Assembly (NCBI GenBank): GCA_950097015.1
Contig: CATNEN010000001.1
Coordinates: 11,656,001-11,720,000, forward strand
Direction of reading: 5' to 3'
Source of the DNA: Macrostomum hystrix
Lineage: Eukaryota > Animalia > Platyhelminthes
DNA: 64,000 nt
This document shows positions 1 to 11,359 of the stretch, piece after piece; position 1 is the first letter of the stretch, and the number at the start of each line of letters is the position of its first letter. Under the pieces are notes generated by a model. The model saw nothing but the letters and a program-made list of their open reading frames with translations, searched no databases and was not told the origin of the DNA. The position numbers and the translations under genes were made by a program.

Positions 1-140
1 TCATTGACTTCAGAGAGAGGAATCCGAGAGATCGATCAGCCTTAATACTGAGAACGATAGTCGTTAGGAAGTATAGCCTTCAAGACAAGAGACTGCAACA
101 GACCGCTAGACTACAGTGACACGAGAGAGACGACAAAACT
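1..140. repeat. 140-bp direct repeat, identical to 2908-3047 (possibly the end of an LTR or other element terminus)
   Basis: tcattgacttcagagagagg...gacgacaaaact occurs at 1-140 and 2908-3047; the flanks diverge after aaaact. The 2908 copy is preceded by TATA-like tatataaa (~2789). Confidence 0.85.
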
Positions 141-720
141 GGAGTTAAGTCCCTAAGTTAGAATGTAGGGACGTGAATGTAAGGGCATAAGGAGACACGA
201 GAGCTGAGACACTGACACAATGTAAGACAGATGGGTCGTCTCGACCGGAAGTCCTATCATTGTGACACTCTCACTCAGGTGCAATCCTGAGGCTAGAACC
301 AGTTTCACGGAAAGAACTTTGGGAAAGCGCCTCGCTACCTGAAGCATCAGACCAGTGAACTAGGGGAAGCCAGGCCCGTCACTCAAATTGAATCTAAGCT
401 TAAAATAACGAAGAAATACAAAGACAAGGCTTCACCGAATTCCATGATGAGGCACACGTATTTATTATATGCCAATTCATTATTCATTCCGACACATTTA
501 TTCACTACGACACGTACCAGCACCAGCAAATCACAACTTACAAACAAACAAGGAAAGAAAAACACACAAAAATAATGGAAACATACATGCCATTATCAAT
601 GATTATACAACAGCAAACAAGAGAGCAGTTAAACAGAGCAAATTAACAGCACACCATGAATAGTCATAAGAACATAGAACATAAGAACATAGTCATAAGA
701 ACATAAGAACTTGACAACAG

Positions 721-963
721 TTAAGGGGCCATAGGAGCGGCCTGGCGCCGCCGGCAACAAAGCCACACCAGAAGCAGCCCGAACAAGGCCAGGGCAAGGC
801 CTCCGGCCCCGAGACCTCCGGAGAGACGACGTAGAAACGACAACCCGTTCTCTAAAGACTGGGTGCGGGTAGCTTCTAGGGCTAGGCGGGCCTCCAGGCG
901 AAGGACCCGAGCCTCTAGCTCGGACATCAGCTTGGCGAGTTGGGCCATTTCAAAGCGCGACAT
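721..963 (-). CDS. Putative small coiled-coil protein with C-terminal transmembrane segment (80 aa)
   Basis: Leu-rich heptad-like stretch (LMSELEARVLRLEARLALE), then hydrophobic GLALALFGLLLVWL and CCRRR. No family recognised. Confidence 0.35.
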   Translation of the reverse strand: MSRFEMAQLAKLMSELEARVLRLEARLALEATRTQSLENGLSFLRRLSGGLGAGGLALALFGLLLVWLCCRRRQAAPMAP

Positions 964-1089
964 GAAATCAAGTGGTCGATGGGGCAGACGAAAAGGCAGT
1001 TAAAAAGATGCGTCTGAGCAGATAAAAGGGGCCCAGGGGAAAAGTTTATATAACCCAGTCCAAGGCAAGATGGATGGCAAGTATTCCAC

Positions 1090-2770
1090 AATCACAGCCA
1101 CCCTATCCGCCGCGGAGAAAGGACCCCAATGTACATCCCGAGGGATGAAAAGTAGAGTCATCAGTGCCCCGGGCCAGATTCGAGACCTAAAGTGCAACAC
1201 CACACAGATAACATGCCCGAGTGGATTAGACCAACCATGGCCTCAGTAAACAAAAATAGGACACAGGCAACAAACACACCATAACCAAGAATCCAGCTTG
1301 TCACAAGTAAGAGAGACACAGCCATATCAGAACACATCATAACCACATGCCATAGTACTTTAACCAATGTGATTTTATAATACAAGCAATGCTCTTATCC
1401 TGCGAGGCCCAGAAATGTTATTGATTAATTGGGCTCTCAAAGCATATATATTCTCTCCAACGTGATTAACAATAAATATTATGTCGACTTCTTTGGAAGC
1501 TCCACAGGTTCATTGTCTGTCAAACTAAATTTCAATTAAATCTTAGACGTCAACAATAGCAGATATGCAGTAGCAACAAGTACACCAGAGAAAAATTAGG
1601 CGGAAGTTCAGGAAAACAAGCAGGAGGACGAAGTAAACATAGATGATAGTCACACGCTTCGGACACCTTTACAGCTAGTATCATGGCCGACAGCAGCTAC
1701 AACCGCCGCCCCGGAGACAAATTTGTCGACGTTGACATCCGGGGGCGGCCGGCTGTGAAGGCCGACGCGGTCACGCAAGTGACCGCGGAGGAGATAGACG
1801 GGGGAGTGTCGACCGCCACGTCGACAACGGACCTCCGGGAGACACATCTGGATCTGGAGGAGTTGTACCGTGTGAAACAGGCCAAGGGCACGTGGAAAGC
1901 ACAGGGCAACTTTCAGCCCGAACCAGAGCCCAAGAACCCGCCATGGCCGACACCGAGAGGCCTCCGGGAGTACTACAGAAAGAAATACCCGGAACCGCCA
2001 CTGGATGGAAAATTTTATTAATGACAATATATTTACTATCATTCCTTAGTTCTGTGTACACTTTCAGATTTCACCGTCTTATATGTTTTCAAATCTACTA
2101 GCAGTAGACCGATTAGCAACTGGAGTAAGAAAATAGGCTGCATCTCCCTTGACTAGTCAAGGATTTCATCAAAAGGGGGATGATATAAGACTTAGAAATC
2201 TGAAAAGAACTCGAGAGAAAACTTTCGCCTAGAGGTCAAGCAACTAAGAATAGATAGATTAGATAAATGCTCGCCCCGAGTTTTCACTTGCATTTCAGCG
2301 CAACACGGCCCGGTCCAACTCAACCTGGTATGGTCCGATATGACACGGCCCGGCCTAATCTGACCCGATCCTGCCCGACGTAGGTCCAACGTGACATGGA
2401 CCCGACCGGACTCACCCGACCTGGCACGGCCTGACGCGACCTGGCCCGGCCATGCCTACAACATCGGAGCCTGCCTGAGCCCTATCTGGAGATGAGACCT
2501 GGAAGAGGCCGGGACCGCCCAAGAAGACCTGGAGCGACGGAGGGACAGTGACAAACAAACACTAGATAAAGAGGATTCCATAGAAACGGGCAATCTTCTA
2601 ACTCAACTAACGCTTTTAGGCCTTTGACCCGCCCTCCATAGGACAGGGGTTGGCGTGCCTGCCAACCAAGTATTCGAATGTTTTGTGCTGATTTGGAATC
2701 GGGGCTGCGACCCCACTCGACCCATTATCACCAAGCGCTCTGATTGATAAAGTTTTATCACCCTCCCAAG
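1090..2770. repeat. Copy A of a locally triplicated, diverged unit (block X, small ORF, block Y, block Z)
   Basis: Block X (...gaggcccagaaatgttatt...caacaagtac...ttcaggaaaa) recurs at ~3105-3635 and ~6285-6515/8835-8975. Block Y (ttcagatttca...ccatagaaacggg) recurs at ~5690-6280. Block Z (ggggttg...caacc...gggctgcgaccc) recurs at ~4090-4230. Confidence 0.75.
1683..2021 (+). CDS. Orphan 112-aa protein, founder of a local three-member family
   Basis: N-terminus MADSSYNRRPGDKFVDVDIRGRPAVKADAVTQVTAEE is homologous to 9025-9141. C-terminus (W...G.FQPEP.P..P.WPT.R.LR.Y.RK.YPEPP.DG.F) is homologous to 4819-5046. Protein-level conservation supports coding. Confidence 0.7.
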   Translation: MADSSYNRRPGDKFVDVDIRGRPAVKADAVTQVTAEEIDGGVSTATSTTDLRETHLDLEELYRVKQAKGTWKAQGNFQPEPEPKNPPWPTPRGLREYYRKKYPEPPLDGKFY

Positions 2771-2907
2771 TGAGTGATTTTCAAACAATATATAAATCGA
2801 ATCGGAGCGCGGGAAAAAGGACCGCCGCTGATTTTAGTTAGAGATTCATCTCTACGTTCTATTAAGTTAGCAATTTAATATAAACTTACTGTGTTTGAGT
2901 TCTATCT

Positions 2908-3047
2908 TCATTGACTTCAGAGAGAGGAATCCGAGAGATCGATCAGCCTTAATACTGAGAACGATAGTCGTTAGGAAGTATAGCCTTCAAGACAAGAGAC
3001 TGCAACAGACCGCTAGACTACAGTGACACGAGAGAGACGACAAAACT
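2908..3047. repeat. Second copy of the 140-bp direct repeat
   Basis: Identical to 1-140. Confidence 0.85.
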
Positions 3048-4388
3048 TGAAGCGCTATAATAGCCAAGCCTCACAAGGCAAAGGGGGGCTGGAAAGTGAA
3101 ATTTACAGCCAGCCCTCCGCCGCGGGGAGTGGACCATAAAGTACATCGCGAGAGATGGAAAGTAAAGCCATCAGTGCCCCCGGGCCCTCTTCGAGATCTA
3201 AAAGTCCAAAGAAGTGACACCAGACCCCACAGAAGTCACATGCCCATATTAGATTAGTTTAACCACTGTCTCAGCAAAAATAGGACACTGGCGACATACA
3301 CACCATATTCAAGAATCAAGCTGGATACAAGAGACACAACCAAATCCGAACACATCATATTATAACCACAAGCCACATTGCTATAACCATTGCGATTCTA
3401 TAATTAAAATCATTTTATTATCCTGAGAGGCCCAGAAATGTTATTAATCAACTGGGACCTCAAGGAGCATATATTCTCATTAAAATTGATTATCAAGGAA
3501 TAATACTTATGCTTTGTTAAAAACCTCACTTCTGTTTAAATAAATTTCAATTGAACTTTAGAAGTCAACAATAGTAGATAGGTATCAGCAACAAGTACGA
3601 CAGAGAGAAATTAAGAGGACGTTCAGGAAAATAACCCGTACCTGGACGACATGTACGCCACACGGGATATACAAGGCGTGTGGGATATAAGAGTTAGAAA
3701 TAACATCGAAAATCGGGACTTAAAGAACATTAAAACCAGATGATATAGAATAAGAAAAGGACAATGGAAGTGGAAAAAACCGCAACTTATCAAATGCCAA
3801 AAGAGACGCTAAAAGAACTAACCCCCCAGCAAAGAACAATTGAGACCCACCCACAGGCAAACAGCACCGGCCAAAACGAGTCTGAGCGGCACGCGGCCGA
3901 GGGCGAGGCTACAAGAAGAAAACGTGCTGGAGAAAAGGGGAGAAGACAAAGGAGGCGCATGACAACCGAGCGTGGCGGGCAGACAGAAAAGAGACGATAA
4001 GAGAAATGAATCAATATGAAAGTTGAATAGAACTACCACCATCCCAACGCGATCTAACGCAACCAATATAATAATCAGACCCTACCCAAGAGAGGGGTTG
4101 TCTTGCATGGCAACCTACTAAACTAATAGAAATTGTATCAAATTCAAGGGCTGCGACCCAACATAACTCATATTAAATCAAGTGTACGGTAACTAACCAC
4201 AACATTACACACCCCACCCTCCTGGCGAGAGGTGGGAAGATTTTGTCAACTGGGACATGAAACGCGCCGCAGGAGCGCAACCCGCCCCGAACGATAGTTC
4301 GTCATTTTCAACAATTTATAAACCTAGTTTTTTTGATAGACTTATTTGCGTTGATTGCGAATATCAATATATAACTAAAAAAATTCTC

Positions 4389-4796
4389 GGCAAAGTCATA
4401 ATCATAACGGACGGCTGGCTGGCCTACAATGGGCTACAGAATCACGTGTCAGTGAACCACCGTCTGCACTTTGTCGACCCTAACGACCCCACCGTGCACA
4501 CCAACACCATTGAGGGATCGTGGGCACATGTCAAGGACAAATTCCGAAGGATGCATGGCACGAGTGATGCACTGTTCGAGACTCACCTGAATGAGTTCCT
4601 CTGGCGCCGCCTCTTCCCGGAGAAGACGTTCGGCAACTTCATGTACTGGGTTGCTCACTACTATTAATTGCTGACATGGGCCTACGTCCTTCTAACTACT
4701 CTCCTAACTCTACTCCAGTGTAACTGTAACTCTAATTAGCGTGATTTTAACTTTTTATCGTCAAAATAATTTAACGCAGCAAAGTAGGACTTTGCC
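4389..4796 (+). mobile_element. Non-autonomous mini-Merlin DNA transposon (408 bp)
   Basis: TIRs GGCAAAGTCATA ... TAGGACTTTGCC (11/12 match); perfect 8-bp TSD AAATTCTC at 4381-4388 and 4797-4804. 4401-4796 is identical to 11867-12262. GG...CC termini and 8-9 bp TSDs are Merlin hallmarks. Confidence 0.93.
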
Positions 4797-4818
4797 AAAT
4801 TCTCATTAGAGCGAGCCA

Positions 4819-5046
4819 TTGGAGATCGAAGCAGGCATAGTAATCTTTATAGGAGAAGTCCGTGATTTTAACCTAATACCGCTAGACCGAAAGATAAGAA
4901 CACGGAAGATAAAGATTACATGGGAAACGACGGGCGACTACCAGCCCGAGCCGACACCCCGATACCCGGAGTGGCCAACCATCAGAAGTCTCCGGCGGTA
5001 CTTTCGGAAGGAGTACCCAGAGCCGCCGGAGGATGGCCAGTTTTAA
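4819..5046 (+). pseudogene. C-terminal part of a paralogue of the 1683-2021 orphan protein
   Basis: WETTGDYQPEPTPRYPEWPTIRSLRRYFRKEYPEPPEDGQF aligns with WKAQGNFQPEPEPKNPPWPTPRGLREYYRKKYPEPPLDGKFY. No ATG start; lies just after the mini-Merlin. Confidence 0.7.
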
Positions 5047-5829
5047 AGCAAAAACACTATTGAATTAGTTAACAACTAATACATGATTTACATATGTATT
5101 ACTATAATTAATAAGAATATTATGTTATAATTTATCAGCAAGCAGTAATACTAAATAAAATTATTACCTATAACACAGGCTTCTGCAAAAAAAAGTTTTA
5201 GAAATGACAAAAAGTAGTTGTTAATTTATTCTGAATTTATTTTTATGGTATTTCTTTCTCTTCGAGTTTCTCTTTTAAACTAGTGATACTCAAAAAGCTA
5301 TCAGCTGTTGGTTTATTTAAATGCCAATTCTACTTTTCTGCAATGAGCTCATTGAATCTTTTATTATAATCTGAGTAATTATTAAATTTCAATTTCAATA
5401 CCTCTTTGGCCGCATTTGATCAGCAGGTATGGCAATGCTGTCCGCTGCATTTTTTCAGTAAGTTTAAGATAGCAATGATTCCAGTATACAGGATGGCGTA
5501 ATCCGAGTTGCCATTTCACAAGTTGCCATAATTGATTTTGCCCATTGTTTCTGTAGCCACCTCTTCATTGACCTAATGATGTACTTTGGCATTGCAGCAA
5601 ACATATTTTATAGGTTTTATGACTGGACTTTTTTAAATTAAATTTAAATTAATATATAAACAATTACCATTATTTAGTTTCTGCATCCACCTTCAGATTT
5701 CATCGTCTTATTTGTTCACAGACCTACTAGCAGTAGGCAGATTAGCAACTCGAGGAAGACAATAGGTTGCATCTCCCTTGACCAGTCAAGGATTGCTTCA
5801 AAAGGGGGATGATATAAGACTTAGAAATC

Positions 5830-5911
5830 CTGTGCCTAGGGGTGCCTGTGTCACTCATCGGCATGGACTGCAAAGCCATGTGCCGCTACATAGAGTTTGT
5901 GTCGCTACGGT
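5830..5911. mobile_element. 82-bp insertion flanked by a 17-bp target duplication
   Basis: TATAAGACTTAGAAATC at 5813-5829 and 5912-5928; the paralogous block at ~2184-2200 has a single copy (empty site). Confidence 0.75.
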
Positions 5912-6515
5912 TATAAGACTTAGAAATCTGAAAAGAACTTAAGAGAAAACTTTCGCCTAGAGGTCAAGCAACTAAGAATAGACAGATTAGATAAACACCC
6001 GCCCCGAGTTTTCACTTTCATTTCAGCGCAACACAGCACGGCTCAAACGGGACCTGGTACGGCCCGACACGACACGGCCCGGCCGAATCTGACCTGATCT
6101 TGAACGACGTCAGTCCAACGCGATCTGGACCTGCCTGGACTTACCCGACCGGGCACGGCCTGATGCAACCTGGCCCGGTCCTGCCTGCGATATCAGAGAG
6201 CGCCCAAGAAGATGATTGACGACGGCGACAACAAACATTAGACACCATAGAAACGGGAAATTTTCCTAACTTAACCAACGTGCCTCAGCAAACGAAAATA
6301 GGACACAAACAACAAACAAACCACCAAGAATTTAGCTTCCTACGAGTAAGCGAGACACAGCTAAATAAGAACACACTATATTATAACTACATGCCATATT
6401 GATATAGCCATTGCAATGCTACAATCATATTATCATCCTGCGAGACCCAGAAATGTTATTAATTAACTGGGTCCTCAAGGAGTATATTTTCTCATTAAAA
6501 TCGATTATTAAGAAA

Positions 6516-8834
6516 TGATGTGGAGTGTGCTGCGGGAATCGAGCGGGAATGTGAGCCAGCGGAATTTTTCCAATTTTTAGTAGCCAAATAATCGCGACCC
6601 ACATAGCAGCTGGCCGCAGAACACAATCATTAATCTTAGGGCCGGGCTTGGGGCGGAGGTGAATTAAGTAGCCGCCGATTCCCCTTGCCTCGGATCTGTC
6701 TAGTCTCCTGTAGAAGTGACTGATCGCGGCCATAGCAATACTGTATGGACTAGCTTAGGTCATAATTCCCCTCCAAACCGCGATCAGATTGTAGGGATCA
6801 CTCATGCGTCTAGAGTGAGCATTAATTCTTCATGTCCCCTTTTCTTTACTGTAACCCGAGCCGAAGCTCGATTATGACCTTTCCCCCTTTAGATACATGT
6901 AACGACACTATAGGCAGGTCGGCGCCTGCGCTTCCCATATCCCGGCGGGATCACAATCATTGGCCGACTGCCGGCAGACGCTCCTAGTGGGGCATCTGGC
7001 GATTCTCGCCGCCGCTTCGGTGGGCAATTGGGGTGGCATAATGCCGACCCGATTCCTCGCTGACAGGCTGGCGAGCATGTGGGTTGCTTTGATGAATGCG
7101 GGGTTGACGGAGCTGCAGGACTATTTAAGAAAGCGCGCTGCGCTGCCCCTGGAGCAACCTCCCTGTCAACCTTTTTCCCTGGCTTCCACAAGCCTTCCCT
7201 CCGAACCTTCCCTGGAGCAAACTTCCCCTGTCCGGTCCCGGAACCCGGTCCGTGGACTCTCCCCCTTCTAGCCTAGCATTTAGCCCCTGAGCCTAAAGCT
7301 TCAGAGCATAGCTACAGGTAAATACCTGTTAGATCCCGTAAACATAAGCCACCTCCTTGGGTGAGCTCCAATTGAGCATCGAGCTTCTTGCAGCCTGGCC
7401 CCTTGCCAGCTGTGTTTAGCAACTCCGTGCCTCGTCCCCCTTTATTTGCCCATCCCTGCGAGAGCGACGGCCTGCAGCAAAGTCAGCCAGCATCAGCTAA
7501 GTAACCCGCGCAGCGGACACTAATTGTTATCCCTAAGGGATTTATTATTAGCTAGTGGGGCAAACGGGGCAAGGGCGGTATTTTAGCCTAATAAACCATT
7601 TCTTAATTGACTGCCATTTTTAATAATTAGGCCAATTTTATAACAACTAAACCTTTCCTTATCATGCTATTCTCTTCTATTTATTTTATCGCTAGACAGC
7701 CCTCGATCATGAGTGGCTAACTCATTAGGGGGTGGGCTCTGGTGATGCCTAGCTGAAAGCTGCGGCAGGAGGACGACTGTGAGCGCGCATGAAAGTAATA
7801 AGGAGCTAGGGATTTGCGAGTAAAATGCGGAATGTAGCGTGTGCATTGCTGCTTAGGGGCGGGGAATTCCGTGGCCGGCTTTCCTCTCTCACTGGCGGAT
7901 TCCGGTGTACGCGTCAAACTCCTTTGTCAATTGAATTCTCCTTCTATTCCCCGCCCTCGCAACTACGGCCATGGGAGCGAGAGGCGTGACCTAATATTTA
8001 TCGCTTGCATAATCACTCAGTCAGTGTTCTGCTTAATCTCTCCTGCCTCTGACTTCCTCATCTCACTCAGATTCGGATTTGCTAGTTATTTAATGCGTAG
8101 GCTGTAATCTAATGTAAGGAATGTGTTTGATGTTCCAGGAGTAGGATTCTGGCTATGGGTTTCTCATTCGGGTTCGGAGTACCACCTTTCTAGACCACTG
8201 TAGCGCAGTTTCAGGAATCCCCTGTTGAGGCGTGTCTCGATTCATTCTGGGGTCTTCGCCCTAGTCTAAAACGGAAGTTACAGAATGCCCTATTTTTCGG
8301 CTTGTCTGAGATCTGTGTGACAAACTAGGAGCTGTGAACTCCGGGGACCCAAGTTCCCAAATGTCTGCGGTGGCAACGTAGGCGCATTGGGTGGTGGCGC
8401 TACCCTAGATCATTTTCCGCTTTGCCAATAGCCTTTCCGCATTTCTAAGACAAGAGCCTGGGCCGAATCGACCACTGCTACCACTGTTAGGAGTCAGTTA
8501 TGTACATGCTACTGATGACAGTAGGCTATCTAGCCCTGTCCTACCTGCTTGCGGGTAGTCCGATATCTCTTTAGACTTTAGCCGGTTTCGAGCACTGCTT
8601 GGGGTAGGCACGGCAGTCATGCCTGTGGCCTATGGGTTGAGTGGGACTGGCCAGCCTGAGGCCGAGAGGACCACTCCCTGCATCCACTGTCTCTCCCTTC
8701 ATCTCTCCCTTCATCCCCCTCCCCGCGATAAATCGCGAGGCTTTGCGGTACGACTTCTAACTCTATCGCCATTCCCACACTCCCTTTCTCTCTTGAGGAC
8801 AGGTCATCGGATTGCAAAACCCGCACCCACTTCA
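6516..8834. mobile_element. 2.3-kb solo-LTR-like insertion (Gypsy-type termini)
   Basis: Starts TGATGTGG, ends CCACTTCA (TG...CA with short inverted termini); 4-bp TSD GAAA (6512-6515, 8835-8838). It interrupts block X, which is contiguous at ~3490-3510. No long ORF inside. Confidence 0.8.
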
Positions 8835-9024
8835 GAAATAATATTTATACGTCACTATAAACTTCGCTTATGTTTAACTAAATTTCAATCGACTGTTAGA
8901 AGTCAATAATAAGCAGATAGACAACAGCAACAAGTACGCTGGAAAGAAATTAGGAGGATGCTTAAGAAAATAAGTAAAACGTATTGGAAACTCACATATT
9001 TTAGACACCTTTCCAGCACTTACC

Positions 9025-9141
9025 ATGGCCGACGAAGAATACAACCGCCGCCCCGGACAGAAATTCACGGATGTTGACATCCGGGGGCGGCCGGTAGTGA
9101 AGGCCGACGCGACCACACAGGTGACCGCGGAAGAGAAGTAA
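9025..9141 (+). pseudogene. Truncated N-terminal paralogue of the 1683-2021 orphan protein
   Basis: Reads MADEEYNRRPGQKFTDVDIRGRPVVKADATTQVTAEEK*, with the same upstream context (gacaccttt.cagc..t..catgg). Confidence 0.75.
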
Positions 9142-9253
9142 AGAATTCAGACGATTCGGGTGAACTATCCGGAAACCCTTTCCAAAAACAGTATATAAGG
9201 AAGTGCTGTTTTCGAATCTTCCGGAGCAGACCGAGGGAGACTAACCGCCCATC

Positions 9254-9556
9254 ATGGCGTTTTTCGCTAAAGAGGAAGTCTTAAGCGCACAGCAGTTTGT
9301 TTCACCCGAGACGCGGCCTACAATTCATGTCGAGCCAGCTTCTTCGCACAAGTTTACCTTTACCAACAACTGTCAGTTCCGCGCTCTCTTGGTCTCCGGT
9401 GGGCGACAAGCACGAGAAACTACCGATTCTAATCTTTGGACCTTTCGCCATATAGTGAAGGCAGCCGGCTTTCAACTCCGGGACAGGCCACCATCCGATA
9501 GCCGATGCAAAGCCGATGCAATAGCCGATGCCGATACTTCTCCCGAATCGCTTTAA
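9254..9556 (+). CDS. Hypothetical 100-aa protein with upstream TATA box
   Basis: TATATAAG at ~9192 and good start context (atcATGG). No recognisable domain. Confidence 0.4.
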   Translation: MAFFAKEEVLSAQQFVSPETRPTIHVEPASSHKFTFTNNCQFRALLVSGGRQARETTDSNLWTFRHIVKAAGFQLRDRPPSDSRCKADAIADADTSPESL

Positions 9557-9569
9557 ATTCCATGTCAAG

Positions 9570-9910
9570 CTGTCAGTTCAAAAGTCCTGACCTTTTGATT
9601 GAACATTGCGTACTGGGGCTTGCAAAACCCTGACATTTCGATCTGGGGCGATTTGGGGCCAGCTGTTTCACTTAAAAAGTTGTCAGTTTTATCTTCCTGA
9701 CCCTTTGATTGTTTTCTGTGGCATGCTTTACCTGGAATTTCGATCTGGAGCGATTTGGAGCCAATTTATCTTTACGAACAGTTGCTTTTTGGTTGTCAGT
9801 TTTATCTTCCTGACCCTTTGATTGGACATTGCTTTCTGTGGCATGCTTTACCTGGAATTTCGATCTGGAGCGATTTGGAGCCAATTTATCTTTACGAACA
9901 GTTGTTTTTT
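9570..9910. repeat. ~120-bp tandem duplication (two near-identical units plus one degenerate)
   Basis: gcatgctttacctggaatttcgatctggagcgatttggagcc at 9721 and 9841; degenerate unit at ~9570-9680. Confidence 0.85.
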
Positions 9911-10084
9911 GCACTCTTCAAATGATAGCCTTAAAGGCCAAGTTGTGGGCTTATCTTTCGTTTTCTTTTCGTTCTGGCTTTATAAGGAAGGATGATCACG
10001 AAAACGGGTGGTGGCAACTTCCAATACCGTCAAAATTCATTCAACCAGCTTAGGCAAATCAAACAATTGACCAGCTTCAATCAA

Positions 10085-10794
10085 ATGTCAGATAAAATAT
10101 TTGCAATTGATTGTGAAATGGTGAGCTGCTACAGGTCAAATCCCTGTGGACGTAGTCGGCATGTTCAACGTGCGGGGCATGTGGCCCTAGTTGGTGTGCC
10201 TTCCGGTCAATTGCTCTTTACGAGCTACTGCGTGCCAAACGAGCAAATCTATGAGTAAGTAAGATGTTTAACTGGTGTCTTGCCTTTTATTAAACCTTAT
10301 TCTCTACAGCTCGTTATTGACTCCTAACCTCTTTCAGCTGCCAGACTCGCTACTCCGGCATTACGCAAGCGGCGTTGAGCTCGGAGTTTGCGCTGCCAAT
10401 AGCGACTGTACAGTTGGCCATCAAGGAACGCGTTGGGAGTTCCCTACTTGTTGGCCATGCCATCCACAACGATCTGGATGCGCTGGACATGAGCCATGCT
10501 AACATCTTTGACTCCGCTTACGACCAGGAGTTGAGGAAAATGGCTGGACTGGATTCACATCCCCCAGACCAGCCGGTTGGCCTTACTCGCATGGCAAAAG
10601 GACTTCTAGAGACGCATAGCAGCTGGGATCATGGCCTGCCGGAGTTATTATATGCCCGGCTAGCGTCTCTAGCTCCTGCTTTCCAAGGATTTTTAATGAA
10701 GCGGGAGTTCCAGCACGGACCTCACAATCCAGAAGAGGATGCGAGAATAAGTGGGTATATGTACACGCTCGTGGAGGCTCTAAAAAGGACATGA
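10085..10794 (+). CDS. DEDDh 3'-5' exonuclease, REX4/ISG20/AEN-like (2 exons)
   Basis: Exons 10085-10254 and 10338-10794 (GTAAGT...CTAAC...TTTCAG, frame-preserving). Motifs AIDCEMV (ExoI), TRYSGIT, LVGHAIHNDLDAL (ExoII), HNPEEDA (ExoIII); all catalytic residues present. The start could be 9992. Confidence 0.88.
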
Positions 10795-11359
10795 AAACTT
10801 ATGATTATTTTTCTAAAGACTCTCTTCTTGCATTTATTCCAATGAAAGCAATCCGGTAATGGGTTTTGTTTTATCTGTATTTCAAACTTGCTACTAGAGA
10901 ACCTCTCATACATTTTATCAAGTTTGTTTTGCGCGGATATCGCCGTAGCTCTGTTTCGTTCCGCGCTGCTTTTCATGCTCTACGCAGTTTTCATTTGAAA
11001 ATTCTTAATCCCCTAAAGCGCTAATCTCTGACGTATCAGTTTTTAAACTTTTGGATTATTGCCTGCTTAAAACTGCTTGTTGCACGCTGTAATTTCAGTC
11101 TGCCTCGCGTTACTTGTTTATGCAGTGCCGAAATAAAAATCTCGTTCATGAAAAATCTTTGCTGTTGTTGGTCTGATTTAAGTTCCTCTCCGGCCGACGC
11201 GCTCGGGGAAGACGGGCAGGTTAGAACCAAAAAAATTGTCTGGCATCGAGGGAAAAAGGGAAAGAAAAACTGGAGGTCTGCGCTGCATGGAAGAGAGGAA
11301 ACTTGCGCAGCAGTTGCTATCGGGAGAGGGATGAAAATTTGCCCGAAATTTCGGCTATC

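Noticed and set aside
141-160. Primer-binding site after the 140-bp repeat (TGGAGTTAAGTCC)
   Set aside because: Could not be matched to a tRNA 3' end, and no gag/pol follows; LTR identity of the repeat is unproven.
3764-4000. 78-aa basic ORF
   Set aside because: Purine-rich low-complexity sequence with no motif or paralogue support.
4257-4667. 136-aa ORF as an independent transposase gene
   Set aside because: Chance fusion of flanking sequence with the mini-Merlin; lacks the first catalytic Asp region.
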